In this document: positions 52,760 through 61,493 of the stretch, in pieces
Layout: every line of letters begins with the position of its first letter
Position numbering within the stretch: the first letter of the stretch is position 1
Source of the DNA: an uncultured delta proteobacterium
GTDB taxonomy: Bacteria > Desulfobacterota > Binatia > Binatales > Binataceae
NCBI GenBank assembly: GCA_963724765.1
Contig: CAVRVY010000001.1
Span: 1,152,001 to 1,216,000, forward strand
DNA: 64,000 nucleotides
Reading direction: 5' to 3'
Program-made: the position numbers and the translations under genes
Notes under the pieces: model-generated
What the model was told of the DNA's origin: nothing
The model's database searches: none
Seen by the model: the letters and a program-made list of their open reading frames with translations, nothing else

Positions 52760-54052
52760 ATGAGCTGGGATTTTGAAACCGAACCAGAGTTCCAAAAGGA
52801 ACTCGACTGGATCGATAAATTCGTACGCGAAGAAGTCGAGCCCCTCGACTACGTGCTGGAGTCGCCTTACGACGTCCGCGATGCGAATCGCAACAAGCTG
52901 GTGCGCCCGCTGCAAGCCGAGGTCCGCAAGCACAAGCTATGGGCCTGCCATCTCGAGCCGGAACTCGGCGGCCAGGGCTACGGCCAGGTCAAGCTCGCGC
53001 TGATGAACGAGATTCTCGGCCGCTCGCGTTTCGCGCCGACCGTTTTCGGCTGCCAGGCGCCGGATTCCGGCAATGGAGAGATTCTCGCCAAGTACGGCAC
53101 GCCCGAGCAGAAAAAACGTTACCTCGAGCCGCTGCTCGCCAACGACATCGTCTCGTGCTTCTCGATGACCGAGCCGCAGGGCGGCGCCGACCCCAAGGTC
53201 TTCACCACGCACGCCGAGTTGCATGGCGACAACTGGGTGATCAACGGCGAGAAGTGGTTCTCCTCCAACGCGCATTATTCCTCGTTCCTGATCGCGATGG
53301 TGGTTACGGACCCCGACGCGCCGACCTACAAGCGGCTCTCGACCTTCATTGTGCCGACCGACGCTCCGGGCGTGAGCATCGTGCGCCGCGTCGGCGTCGG
53401 CCAGGAGGCCAACGGCACCCACGCTTACGTCCGCTACCAGGACGTCCACGTGCCGAAGGACCATCTGCTGGGACCGCGCGGCGGCGGCTTCGTGGTCGCG
53501 CAGACGCGCCTTGGCGGCGGGCGGATTCATCATGCGATGCGCACTATCGGGCAGGTCCGCAAATCGTTCGACCAGATGTGCGAGCGTGCGCTCTCGCGCA
53601 CGACTCAGGGCTCTCTGCTGGCCGACAAGCAGATGGTGCAGGAGAAGATCGCGGACTCCTGGATCGACATCGAGCAGTTCCGCCTGCTGGTGTTGCGCAC
53701 AGCGTGGCGCATCGACAAGTACAAGGACTATCTCAAGGTGCGCAAGGACATCGCCGCCGTGAAGGCCGCGATGCCCAAGGTGTTCCACGACGTCGTGGTG
53801 CGCGCGCTGCAGGTCCACGGCTCGCTCGGGGTGACGGCGGAAATGCCTTACGCCGAGCAGGTGATGGAGAGTTTCGTGATGGGCCTGGCCGACGGTCCGA
53901 CCGAGGTCCACAAGATCACGCTCGCGCGCCAGGTGCTGCGCGATTACAAGGGCACCGCTGGCCTTTTCCCGACCGGTCACATTCCGGCGCTGCGCGAGGC
54001 CGCGATCCGGAAATTCGCCGACCGCATCGAACTCGAGGTGGCCGCGCAATGA
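52760..54052 (+). CDS. Acyl-CoA dehydrogenase (ACAD10/11-like)
   Basis: GCQAPDSGN, FSMTEP, NGEKWF, RLGGGRIHHAMR, LADGPTEVH; GGAGGAG RBS. Confidence 0.93.
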   Translation: MSWDFETEPEFQKELDWIDKFVREEVEPLDYVLESPYDVRDANRNKLVRPLQAEVRKHKLWACHLEPELGGQGYGQVKLALMNEILGRSRFAPTVFGCQAPDSGNGEILAKYGTPEQKKRYLEPLLANDIVSCFSMTEPQGGADPKVFTTHAELHGDNWVINGEKWFSSNAHYSSFLIAMVVTDPDAPTYKRLSTFIVPTDAPGVSIVRRVGVGQEANGTHAYVRYQDVHVPKDHLLGPRGGGFVVAQTRLGGGRIHHAMRTIGQVRKSFDQMCERALSRTTQGSLLADKQMVQEKIADSWIDIEQFRLLVLRTAWRIDKYKDYLKVRKDIAAVKAAMPKVFHDVVVRALQVHGSLGVTAEMPYAEQVMESFVMGLADGPTEVHKITLARQVLRDYKGTAGLFPTGHIPALREAAIRKFADRIELEVAAQ

Positions 54053-54843
54053 CGACCCGTCCCGTGCAATACGATTTCAGCGGCAAGGTGGTAGTGATAA
54101 CCGGTGGCAGCCGCGGTATCGGCCACGCGATGGCGCTCGGGTTCGCGGCGGCTGGCGCCAAACTAGCGATCGCGAGTCGCAAGCTCGAGACTTGCGAGGC
54201 GACCGTCAAGGAGATCCGCTCGCTCGGCGCAGAGGGCTCGGCGCACGCCGCGCACGTCGGCAAATGGGAGGATTGTAACCGCCTCGCCGACGAGGTTTAC
54301 GCGCGCTGGGGGCGGGCCGACGTGCTGATCAACAATGCCGGCATCTCGCCGCTCGCGCCGTCTTCGGCGGAGACCAGCGAGGAGTTGTTCGACAAGATAG
54401 TCGGCGTAAATCTCAAGGGACCGTTTAGGCTCTCGGCGCTTTTCGGTTCGCGGATGGCGGCGGGCGAGGGCGGCGCGATCATCAATATCTCCTCGACCGC
54501 CGCGATACGGCCGGATCCGGAAACCGCGCCCTACGCGGCGGCCAAGGCCGGACTGAATATCCTGACCGTGGCCTTCGCCAAGGAGTACGGCCCCAAGGTG
54601 CGCGTGAATTGCATCATGTGCGGCCCCTTCCATACCGACATCAGCAAGGGATGGTCGCACACGGAAGATTTCGCCAAACGCGCGAAAGAAACTTTCCCGC
54701 TGCAGCGCGCCGGAGAGGCCAAAGAGGTCGTGGGCGCGGCGCTCTACTTCGCGAGCCCGGCCGCCAGCTACACTACCGGTGCGATACTGACGATCGACGG
54801 CGGCTCGGCGCATCTGATCGTGCGGACCACCTACGAGTCGTAA
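54049..54843 (+). CDS. SDR family oxidoreductase
   Basis: TGGSRGIG, NNAG, YAAAK; ATGA overlap with the ACAD stop. Confidence 0.93.
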   Translation: MTTRPVQYDFSGKVVVITGGSRGIGHAMALGFAAAGAKLAIASRKLETCEATVKEIRSLGAEGSAHAAHVGKWEDCNRLADEVYARWGRADVLINNAGISPLAPSSAETSEELFDKIVGVNLKGPFRLSALFGSRMAAGEGGAIINISSTAAIRPDPETAPYAAAKAGLNILTVAFAKEYGPKVRVNCIMCGPFHTDISKGWSHTEDFAKRAKETFPLQRAGEAKEVVGAALYFASPAASYTTGAILTIDGGSAHLIVRTTYES

Positions 54844-54920
54844 CAGAGCGGTCGGAACGCGTCCGGAAATTCGACCCGATAGAGGAGAACGTTGCGCGCG
54901 TACTGCGGCTTCTTTTCATA

Positions 54921-55070
54921 ACCTCTTCTTGACCTAGGAGAGGTCGCCACGAGCATCGCGAGCGGTGGGAGAGGTCAGTCCGAAGTGCCTTGGGTTACAG
55001 CCACTTCGAGCGGTTCGCGAAAATCCACCACCGGACATCTCCCTGACCCTCCCCTTGGACAAGGAGAGGG
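54921..55070. repeat. REP/REPIN-like multi-hairpin element between convergent genes
   Basis: Hairpins ACCTCTTCT..AGGAGAGGT (54921-54944) and CCCTCCCCTTG-GA-CAAGGAGAGGG (55047-55070); GGGAGAGGTC pairs with GACATCTCCC; inner CGAAGTG..CACTTCG. Confidence 0.7.
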
Positions 55071-55098
55071 CATTGTCAGTTACACAACGCGCCGCCGC

Positions 55099-56166
55099 TC
55101 AGTATTTCGCGATCACCTCGCGGGAGAACTCTTCGATCATCTCGCGGCCCTGCGGATAGACCACCTGGATTGCGACCTGCCGAAGTCCCGCCGTCTCCAT
55201 CGCCTTCAGCCGCGCGATTATCTCCTCGGCCGTGCCGGTCAGCGTGCTGGCGCGGATTATCGGATCGTCGAGATATTTTTCCTCGCCCGGCTTGAGATAG
55301 ATGAGATGGCCCTCGTGGACTTCGAGGTAGCGGCGATCCGCCGGCGTCTTCATTTTCGCCACGTACTCGTCGCGGTAGCGCTCCCATTGCTTCTGGAACG
55401 GCGAGGATGACGACGCCGTGATCGCGGATGCCTCCCACATCGCATGCAGCAGCACGACCGCGAACGGCCCGACGCGCTTGATCGCGCGCGGCGAGGCCGC
55501 CGACTCGCCGGGCTTGAGCACGCAGGCCGAGGTCAGCAGCATCGCGGGGAAGTTGCTAAGCTTGCGCCCGGCGCGCGCCGCGCCCGCCTCGATATGCTTG
55601 AAGTCGGCGCGGATGTGGTCGGGATCGGAGAGCGCGGTGATCCATCCGTCACCGATCTCGCCCGTGAGTTCGAGCGCCTTGGGTCCGTTGGCCGCGACGT
55701 GAATGGGAATCGGATCCTTGAGGTTGATATAGCCATGGTTGGGATGGAGAAAGCGGATCGCGCGCTCGCGCTTGCCCTCGCGGTACATCACTTCCTCGCC
55801 GCGCAGCAGCTTGCGGCACATCTCGATATACTCGCGCATCCGTTCGAGCTTGACCGGCGGCAGGCCCATCGTGTTGCGGCCGGTGAAGCCGGTACCGATC
55901 CCCAGCATCGTGCGCCCGGGCGCCATCAGGTTGATGGTTGCGATCGAGTGCGCGGTGACCGGCTCGATACGATTCGAGGGTATAGCCACTCCGGTGCCGA
56001 GCTTGATTCGCTTGGTATGCTCGGCGGCGAGCGCCAAGCATACGTAAACGTCGCTGTAGATCATCTGCGAATCGTAGAACCAGGCATGACTGAAGCCGTG
56101 GTCTTCGGCTATCACCAGGTCTTTCCAGGCGTCGGGGCGAGCCGGGTATGCGATTGCGAATTCCAT
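55099..56166 (-). CDS. LLM-class oxidoreductase, paralog of 51439-52521
   Basis: WFYDSQMIYSD, LGTGVA, APGRTMLGIGTG, AANGPKALE, HEGHLIY; AAGGAG RBS. Confidence 0.9.
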   Translation of the reverse strand: MEFAIAYPARPDAWKDLVIAEDHGFSHAWFYDSQMIYSDVYVCLALAAEHTKRIKLGTGVAIPSNRIEPVTAHSIATINLMAPGRTMLGIGTGFTGRNTMGLPPVKLERMREYIEMCRKLLRGEEVMYREGKRERAIRFLHPNHGYINLKDPIPIHVAANGPKALELTGEIGDGWITALSDPDHIRADFKHIEAGAARAGRKLSNFPAMLLTSACVLKPGESAASPRAIKRVGPFAVVLLHAMWEASAITASSSSPFQKQWERYRDEYVAKMKTPADRRYLEVHEGHLIYLKPGEEKYLDDPIIRASTLTGTAEEIIARLKAMETAGLRQVAIQVVYPQGREMIEEFSREVIAKY

Positions 56167-56313
56167 AGCTCTTCTCTCCTTACGGCCGCGATTGATGCGG
56201 GCATGCATGCGCAAATCTGCCCGATACCAGCGTGCCGGCCGTGCATTTGTCAAGCGAGTGACGGCGCGAGATCCATGTTACCGGCGCGAGCGCCAGGGCT
56301 GACCGCGTAGCCG

Positions 56314-57489
56314 ATGGAAACCTTCGACGTCATCGTCTTGGGCGCCGGAGCGGCCGGGATGATGTGCGCGATGAGCGCGGGGCGCCGCGGCCGGCGCGTG
56401 CTGTTGCTCGAGCATGGCGCGGCGGCGGGCGCCAAAATTCTGATCTCCGGCGGCGGACGATGCAACTTCACCAACCTCGAGGTCACGCCCGAGCGCTTTC
56501 TCTCCGCCAACCCGCACTTCTGCAAATCCGCGCTCAGCCGCTACACCGAGCGCGACTTCATCGCGATGGTCGAGCGCCACCGTATCCGCTATCACGAGAA
56601 AACACTGGGGCAGCTCTTCTGCGACGGCTCGGCGCGCGAAATTCTCGCGATGCTGCTCGAGGAATGTGCGGTGGCCGCGGTCGACCTGCGCGTCGGCCAG
56701 CACGTCATCGCCGTCACCCGCGCCGACCGCTACCGCGTCGAGACCGACCGCGGCAGTTTCACCGCGCCGGCGCTGGTGATCGCGACCGGCGGGCTTTCGA
56801 TTCCGAAGATGGGCGCGAGCGGCTTCGCCTACGACCTCGCGCGCCGCTTCGGGCTTGGGGTAATCGATCCGCGGCCCGGGCTGGTGGGGCTCAAATTCGC
56901 GGGCGACATGCTCGCGCTTTACCGATCGCTAAGCGGCGTCTCGGTGGAGGCGGTCGTCTCATGTGGCCGGCAGAGCTTCCGCGAAAATATCCTGTTCACT
57001 CATCGTGGCCTTTCGGGCCCCGCGATTCTCCAGATCTCGTCGTACTGGCGCGAAGGCGACACGCTCTCGCTCGACCTCGCTCCCGGGCTCGAAGTCGAAA
57101 ACTTCCTGCGCGAGCGCAAACGGAGCCGTCCGAGGGCCGAGCTTAAGAGCGTGCTGGCCGAGCTTTTGCCGGCGCGCCTCGCGCACGCGATGGCGGAGGT
57201 AGTCGCGGTTGACGGGACGATGGCGAATCTCTCGGACCGCAGCCTCGCCGCGATAGCCGCGCGGCTCAAACGATGGCAGGTCGTGCCGGCGGACTCGGAG
57301 GGATGGTCGAAGGCCGAGGTCACGGTGGGCGGCATCGACACCGCGGCGCTGTCGTCCAAAACGATGGAGGCGCGCGAGGTCCGCGGACTTTACGTGATCG
57401 GCGAGGCGGTGGACGTCACGGGATGGCTCGGCGGGTACAATTTCCAGTGGGCGTGGTCGAGCGGCTGGTGCGCCGGGCAGGCGATATAA
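56314..57489 (+). CDS. HI0933/YhiN (BaiN-like) flavoprotein
   Basis: GAGAAG, KILISGGGRCNFTN, ATGGLSIP, LFTHRGLSGPAIL, GWLGGYNFQWAWSSG. Confidence 0.95.
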   Translation: METFDVIVLGAGAAGMMCAMSAGRRGRRVLLLEHGAAAGAKILISGGGRCNFTNLEVTPERFLSANPHFCKSALSRYTERDFIAMVERHRIRYHEKTLGQLFCDGSAREILAMLLEECAVAAVDLRVGQHVIAVTRADRYRVETDRGSFTAPALVIATGGLSIPKMGASGFAYDLARRFGLGVIDPRPGLVGLKFAGDMLALYRSLSGVSVEAVVSCGRQSFRENILFTHRGLSGPAILQISSYWREGDTLSLDLAPGLEVENFLRERKRSRPRAELKSVLAELLPARLAHAMAEVVAVDGTMANLSDRSLAAIAARLKRWQVVPADSEGWSKAEVTVGGIDTAALSSKTMEAREVRGLYVIGEAVDVTGWLGGYNFQWAWSSGWCAGQAI

Positions 57490-57525
57490 TTAAGGCGCGC
57501 TTTCGATTCTTCAGTTCAGGAGCAC

Positions 57526-57828
57526 TTAGTCGAAAGGTAGGGCACCAATTTCTTCTATCGTTTTGCTCTTGTGCTTGGAAAGAAACTCGTGAAGGCGCTG
57601 CTGTGTGGACTCGCTATCGACGTACAGATCGCCCTTAAGCGTCCGAGGCGGGGGCCCGTATCTCACGTTGATGGTTACAACGGTATTTCGGTCGATGAGG
57701 ATGTCGTCAACGCTTTCCAAAACAGCGGCCTTGCAAAAGCCGTCGGCGTCCCACGGCAGGCCGGATTTATCCTGCTTAATCACAGCGTTCCACTTTGGCG
57801 GCCAATAGCCGTGTTCACACAGCTTCAC
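57526..57828 (-). CDS. Hypothetical protein (100 aa)
   Basis: GGGAGGGA RBS 7 nt before the GTG start; protein-like composition; lower GC. Confidence 0.6.
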   Translation of the reverse strand: MKLCEHGYWPPKWNAVIKQDKSGLPWDADGFCKAAVLESVDDILIDRNTVVTINVRYGPPPRTLKGDLYVDSESTQQRLHEFLSKHKSKTIEEIGALPFD

Positions 57829-58186
57829 CGGCTAATCCCTCCCACGGATGCTGGTCCATGATTCTCGACGCTGCTCTTATCTGGCGCGTTCGCGTTTGAT
57901 TGTACCCTCAACCGTTAGGCGGCCTTAAGTGGGGGTTCATCCCGGATGTCCACACGCCTAGCTCGGCGGACAACGCGGCCACCAAGCCATCTGAACCGAA
58001 ACCGCGCACCCGCGCCGAGGTCGCCCGCGAGGCAGGCTGCCCGAGCGCAAGCTAGTAGCTATCACGATGGAGACAGAACCGTGCGGCGGGGTGTAGGACG
58101 TGGACGGTGAGGCTCAAGCGAAAGCGTTGCGCCTTCGGATGTACGTTTCTGGCTCCGAGTGCGCATATCTGATCGATCTCCCTGAA

Positions 58187-58218
58187 GGCAACAGGCCGCA
58201 GCGGCAACAGGCCGCAGC
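58187..58218. repeat. Perfect 16-bp tandem duplication GGCAACAGGCCGCAGC
   Basis: Copies at 58187-58202 and 58203-58218. Confidence 0.9.
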
Positions 58219-58357
58219 GAGATATCGAAGGAACAGCTTGGTCCGGCACGCTGCCGAGGAACACGCAGCGTGGCTGGAGGTGCTCGGGGTCACAGAGACT
58301 CCCGACGCCCGGTGAGGCCGCGCGCAAGGCGGTGCTCGCAAGATGGGTGAAGACGCC

Positions 58358-58468
58358 TGGATCAGCAGATCGTGCTGCCGTAATGACCTCCGTGATCCCG
58401 ATCACCTCAACCCGATGGTGGAAGTGTCTGCCATCTGCTGCGCGACGGTCGCGCAGCAGATAACTCCA
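58358..58468 (-). mobile_element. Degenerate IS transposase (integrase core/rve) fragment
   Basis: Minus frame reads SYLLRDRRAADGRHFHHRVEVIGITEVITAARS, matching the recalled rve pattern YLLRDRD..YG..F...V..MGI.EV.TAPRSPWQN; no start, stop just upstream. Confidence 0.65.
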
Positions 58469-58502
58469 TTATTTGCCCCGTATTTGACGATTACCGATCC
58501 CC

Positions 58503-58594
58503 TTGCCTTAAGATCACGATTTTGGATAATCTGACTCATGAGTCTTTAATGTTGTCTTAAGACTCCCAAGCACTTCTATTCTATCATCTTGGGA
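58503..58594 (+). promoter_or_regulatory. AT-rich promoter/operator region of the Crp-family gene
   Basis: TTGCCT-N16-GATAAT; palindromes GACTCATGAGTC (58533-58544) and GTCTTAAGAC (58554-58563); inverted repeat TCCCAAG/CTTGGGA. Confidence 0.5.
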
Positions 58595-58641
58595 AGCCAT
58601 CGCAGCCGGGGGGACCTTACGGCGAAGCGTGGAGATGTCTT

Positions 58642-59352
58642 ATGCAAAGTCAATCCTCCGAATTCCGTGCGCGCTTGGAACAGACCCTCGATTCGCGTGG
58701 ACTTCGCGCGGACCTAGCAACCGAAATCGAAGACCGTTTAACCCGCGCCACATATGAGAAGGGGGCAGTTATCTTCCTACGAGGCTCGCCAGCCGACCTT
58801 CTTTTCTGGCTCCTCAAAGGGGTCGTCAAGCTCTACTTGCCTCATCGCGACGGCAGCAGGACCTTGATAGACCTGGCAAGGCCGGGTGATTTTCTGGGTT
58901 TCGCCAATGGCGCGGACTCCATTGGTCGCCACCAGCTTCTCGAGGCGCAGGCCTTAACGAAATGCTCGGTAGGGTTGTTGACCCGTGAGCACCTGATGCG
59001 AGTCTTAGTCAAGCTGGATCATCAAACTGCGATTCACGCGCTCGAACAGCTTAATACAGCTTGGTCGACGATTTTCGAACGTTACATTAGCTTTATAGGC
59101 GCTTCATTCCGGACGCGATTCGAACTGGTGCTTACGAGCCTTGGCGCCCGTTTCGGCGTCGACGACAAGCGAGGAACTCTCATAGCTCTCGAGCTATGCC
59201 ACGAAGACCTAGCGGAAATGATTGGCTGTTCGCGGGCGATGGTCAGTAGGTTGATTGGTGACTTGACCAAGGAAGGTTTGCTGGTGTGCGGGGAGAAGCG
59301 GCGTCTCATCCTTCGGACGAAGGGGCTGCCATTAAGTAACGGCTCCCCCTGA
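58642..59352 (+). CDS. Crp/Fnr-family transcriptional regulator
   Basis: YEKGAVIF..G.PAD.LFWLLKGVVKL, PGDFLG cNMP-fold; HTH HEDLAEMIGCSRAMVSRL. Confidence 0.9.
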   Translation: MQSQSSEFRARLEQTLDSRGLRADLATEIEDRLTRATYEKGAVIFLRGSPADLLFWLLKGVVKLYLPHRDGSRTLIDLARPGDFLGFANGADSIGRHQLLEAQALTKCSVGLLTREHLMRVLVKLDHQTAIHALEQLNTAWSTIFERYISFIGASFRTRFELVLTSLGARFGVDDKRGTLIALELCHEDLAEMIGCSRAMVSRLIGDLTKEGLLVCGEKRRLILRTKGLPLSNGSP

Positions 59353-59467
59353 CCACCGTAAACTGTCAGTCCGGCCGAATGGTGGTTCCCGAACGGCTGC
59401 TGGCGCGCGCGTGTCCCTGTCAACCATTCCGGCACGTATAGATTCTCAGGGGGGTGTTCTCGACCTA

Positions 59468-59501
59468 GAAGCAATTCTTCCGAACACGAAGCAATTCTTC
59501 C
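59468..59501. repeat. Direct repeat GAAGCAATTCTTCC x2 (20-bp period)
   Basis: Copies at 59468-59481 and 59488-59501; unit is near-palindromic. Confidence 0.85.
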
Positions 59502-59539
59502 AGGCCGATGATTTAGTTCGGCCTAGTTTCTGTGTTTTT
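59502..59539 (+). terminator. Terminator-like hairpin in the leader of the NusG paralog
   Basis: AGGCCGA-N9-TCGGCCT followed by AGTTTCTGTGTTTTT. Confidence 0.45.
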
Positions 59540-59588
59540 CGCGAAAGCAAACTAATTCTCTCAAGAAGCACCTCCGGAGGGCAGCTGT

Positions 59589-60080
59589 ATGTCTGCACCA
59601 TACTCTTGGTATTTGGTTAGAACGAAATCAAACAGAGAAACCTATGTTCGCGAGCAACTGTCGCACGTCGTTCCAGAAGCTTTCCTACCGATGTTAAAGC
59701 TGCCGCTGCCCCGAAACTCATCGGTGGTGCCGCTATTTCCGCAGTATATATTTGCCCGACTTGACCTTGTTACTCATTATTTCGAAATCCGGTACATGCC
59801 AGGTGTTATTGGATTCGTCTCAGCAGGTCCTGAACCCCTTGTCGTGTCCGAGGAGATCGTCGATAGCGTCCGCGCCCGGTGCACCGGCGGGGTTGTCCAG
59901 TTGAGCCCCAAGTCCTTACAGCTCGGGGAACACGTGCGCGTGGTCAAGGGACCGCTTCGCGACTTCGACGCGATTTTTGAAGGTTACTTGTCGGGAACCA
60001 AACGAGTCGCCATCCTCATCAGAACTGTCAAAGGACCCGGCCTGCGAGTGATTGCCGACGCGTCAATTGTTGCCAGATAG
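59589..60080 (+). CDS. Specialised NusG paralog (RfaH/UpxY/LoaP-like antiterminator)
   Basis: NGN domain WYLVRTK..RE, PLFPQYIFARLD, PGVIGFV; KOW GEHVRVVKGPL; GGAGG RBS; no secE/rplK context. Confidence 0.88.
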   Translation: MSAPYSWYLVRTKSNRETYVREQLSHVVPEAFLPMLKLPLPRNSSVVPLFPQYIFARLDLVTHYFEIRYMPGVIGFVSAGPEPLVVSEEIVDSVRARCTGGVVQLSPKSLQLGEHVRVVKGPLRDFDAIFEGYLSGTKRVAILIRTVKGPGLRVIADASIVAR

Positions 60081-61012
60081 CAGACAGTGGAACGATGCGT
60101 GTCTTCAGATGGAAGCAGCAGTCACAGCGGTCGCAGTGCTTCAAAAATGGCATCGCTTGGTGGTCAGACGACTGAGCGGTGTTCCAGGTCGAAACCTGTA
60201 ACACTGTGGCACCGACACGGACCGCTTCGGTAGTGGGTAGCCTATCGTTCAGTTTCTGAATCGATAATAGAAGATTGCCGCTATTCTGTTTCCCGGTTCA
60301 CGGGCTAAGAGACTGTTTCATCTCCGACCGGGCACGGCACGACCCGCGGTGGATCCCCCACAGCTTTCGAAATTTATGACCTCTACGGCGAGAACCACTC
60401 AGCTGCAGCCCAAACGCGGCCGGGTTTTTCTATATCCAAGAGCGACACCATTGCACCGAATTGCGCTTATGTCTGATTTACCGGCTTAGCTGTGGGTCAC
60501 ATGTTTTGAAGTCCGCTTGTCTTTATCGAATCACTCTGCCGTTCGACATCGTACCTTCGCTTATCGTCATCCGCATCGCATCCATTGCTTCTCAATCTTG
60601 TGCCTTCTCGTACGTTTTACTAATTTCTCGTCTTACCCTCGAAAGTCGACAAATGCGTCTTGATCCTCTTCGCTCTCTCAGCTGAAGAGGGTGGTGGTGT
60701 CACGAGGGAATGTGCAGTGTGGCTCTTAACGTCTCGCAAAAGTTGAAATCCGAAAAAACGCAGCTCTGAATGAAAGCTAGCCTTGAGCGCGGGCTCAATT
60801 CACGTTGAGCGAGCGCGACCAACCGTCGCCAGGCATAAGGCCGCTGAAGAGCCCTTGACGGGGCGCAGTGGTGGCGGATTGCCGGCCGGTGAGTCGCATC
60901 ACAGCGCATTGCTTGTTGCAGTTCGACACGCCTGCAACCCCTTAATTTGCGCTGTGCGTAGTAAGGATTGGTAAGACAAAGAATAGACACTACCAGACGA
61001 ATCCTGACGTTA

Positions 61013-61028
61013 TGGCATGGAAATTGCG
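61013..61028 (+). promoter_or_regulatory. Sigma54 (-24/-12) promoter
   Basis: TGGCATGGAAATTGCG = TGGCA-N6-TTGC with GG-N10-GC spacing. Confidence 0.65.
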
Positions 61029-61493
61029 GCCACCGCCACCAGCGGGAAAGGAGCCGGACAGGTCCAAGGCGATGACTCCAGGTAGTGCTTCGTGGATATA
61101 GATAGGTTGATCAGGGTCTCTGATCCAGAAACTAGGACTGCTGACTATCGAATGTCTAGTCGATGCTATTTATTGCAGCACATTAGACTGTTTCATGATC
61201 TTTTCCCCCTTCGAGCCACCTACAGAAGCCTCGCAACCCTCCAATCTTTTCAGCGGCCCCTTGAAGCTCACGGTGTCGCGCCTTGGCAACGGTTCTCAGG
61301 CTACGTAGCCGAGCGCATATCCATATCCGGACATGTCCATTTCCGGCCATGTCAATACGCACATCACGCTTCTGCGCGACTGAGTCTGCTGGGGGGTGAG
61401 CACCTGCGGTCACAGGCATCACCCCGACGACTGCAAATATTCATTTCGTGAAACCTGCGTGCAAGGCCTGCGATCAAGGTGGGGGGGAAGACA

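Noticed and set aside
52939-54048. 634-aa ORF suggesting a long SDR fusion
   Set aside because: The first 370 codons are an off-frame overlap of the ACAD; the SDR starts at the ATGA overlap at 54049.
60461-61451. Short track ORFs in the 1.4-kb spacer
   Set aside because: No recognisable motifs, poor RBS support and non-coding-like composition.
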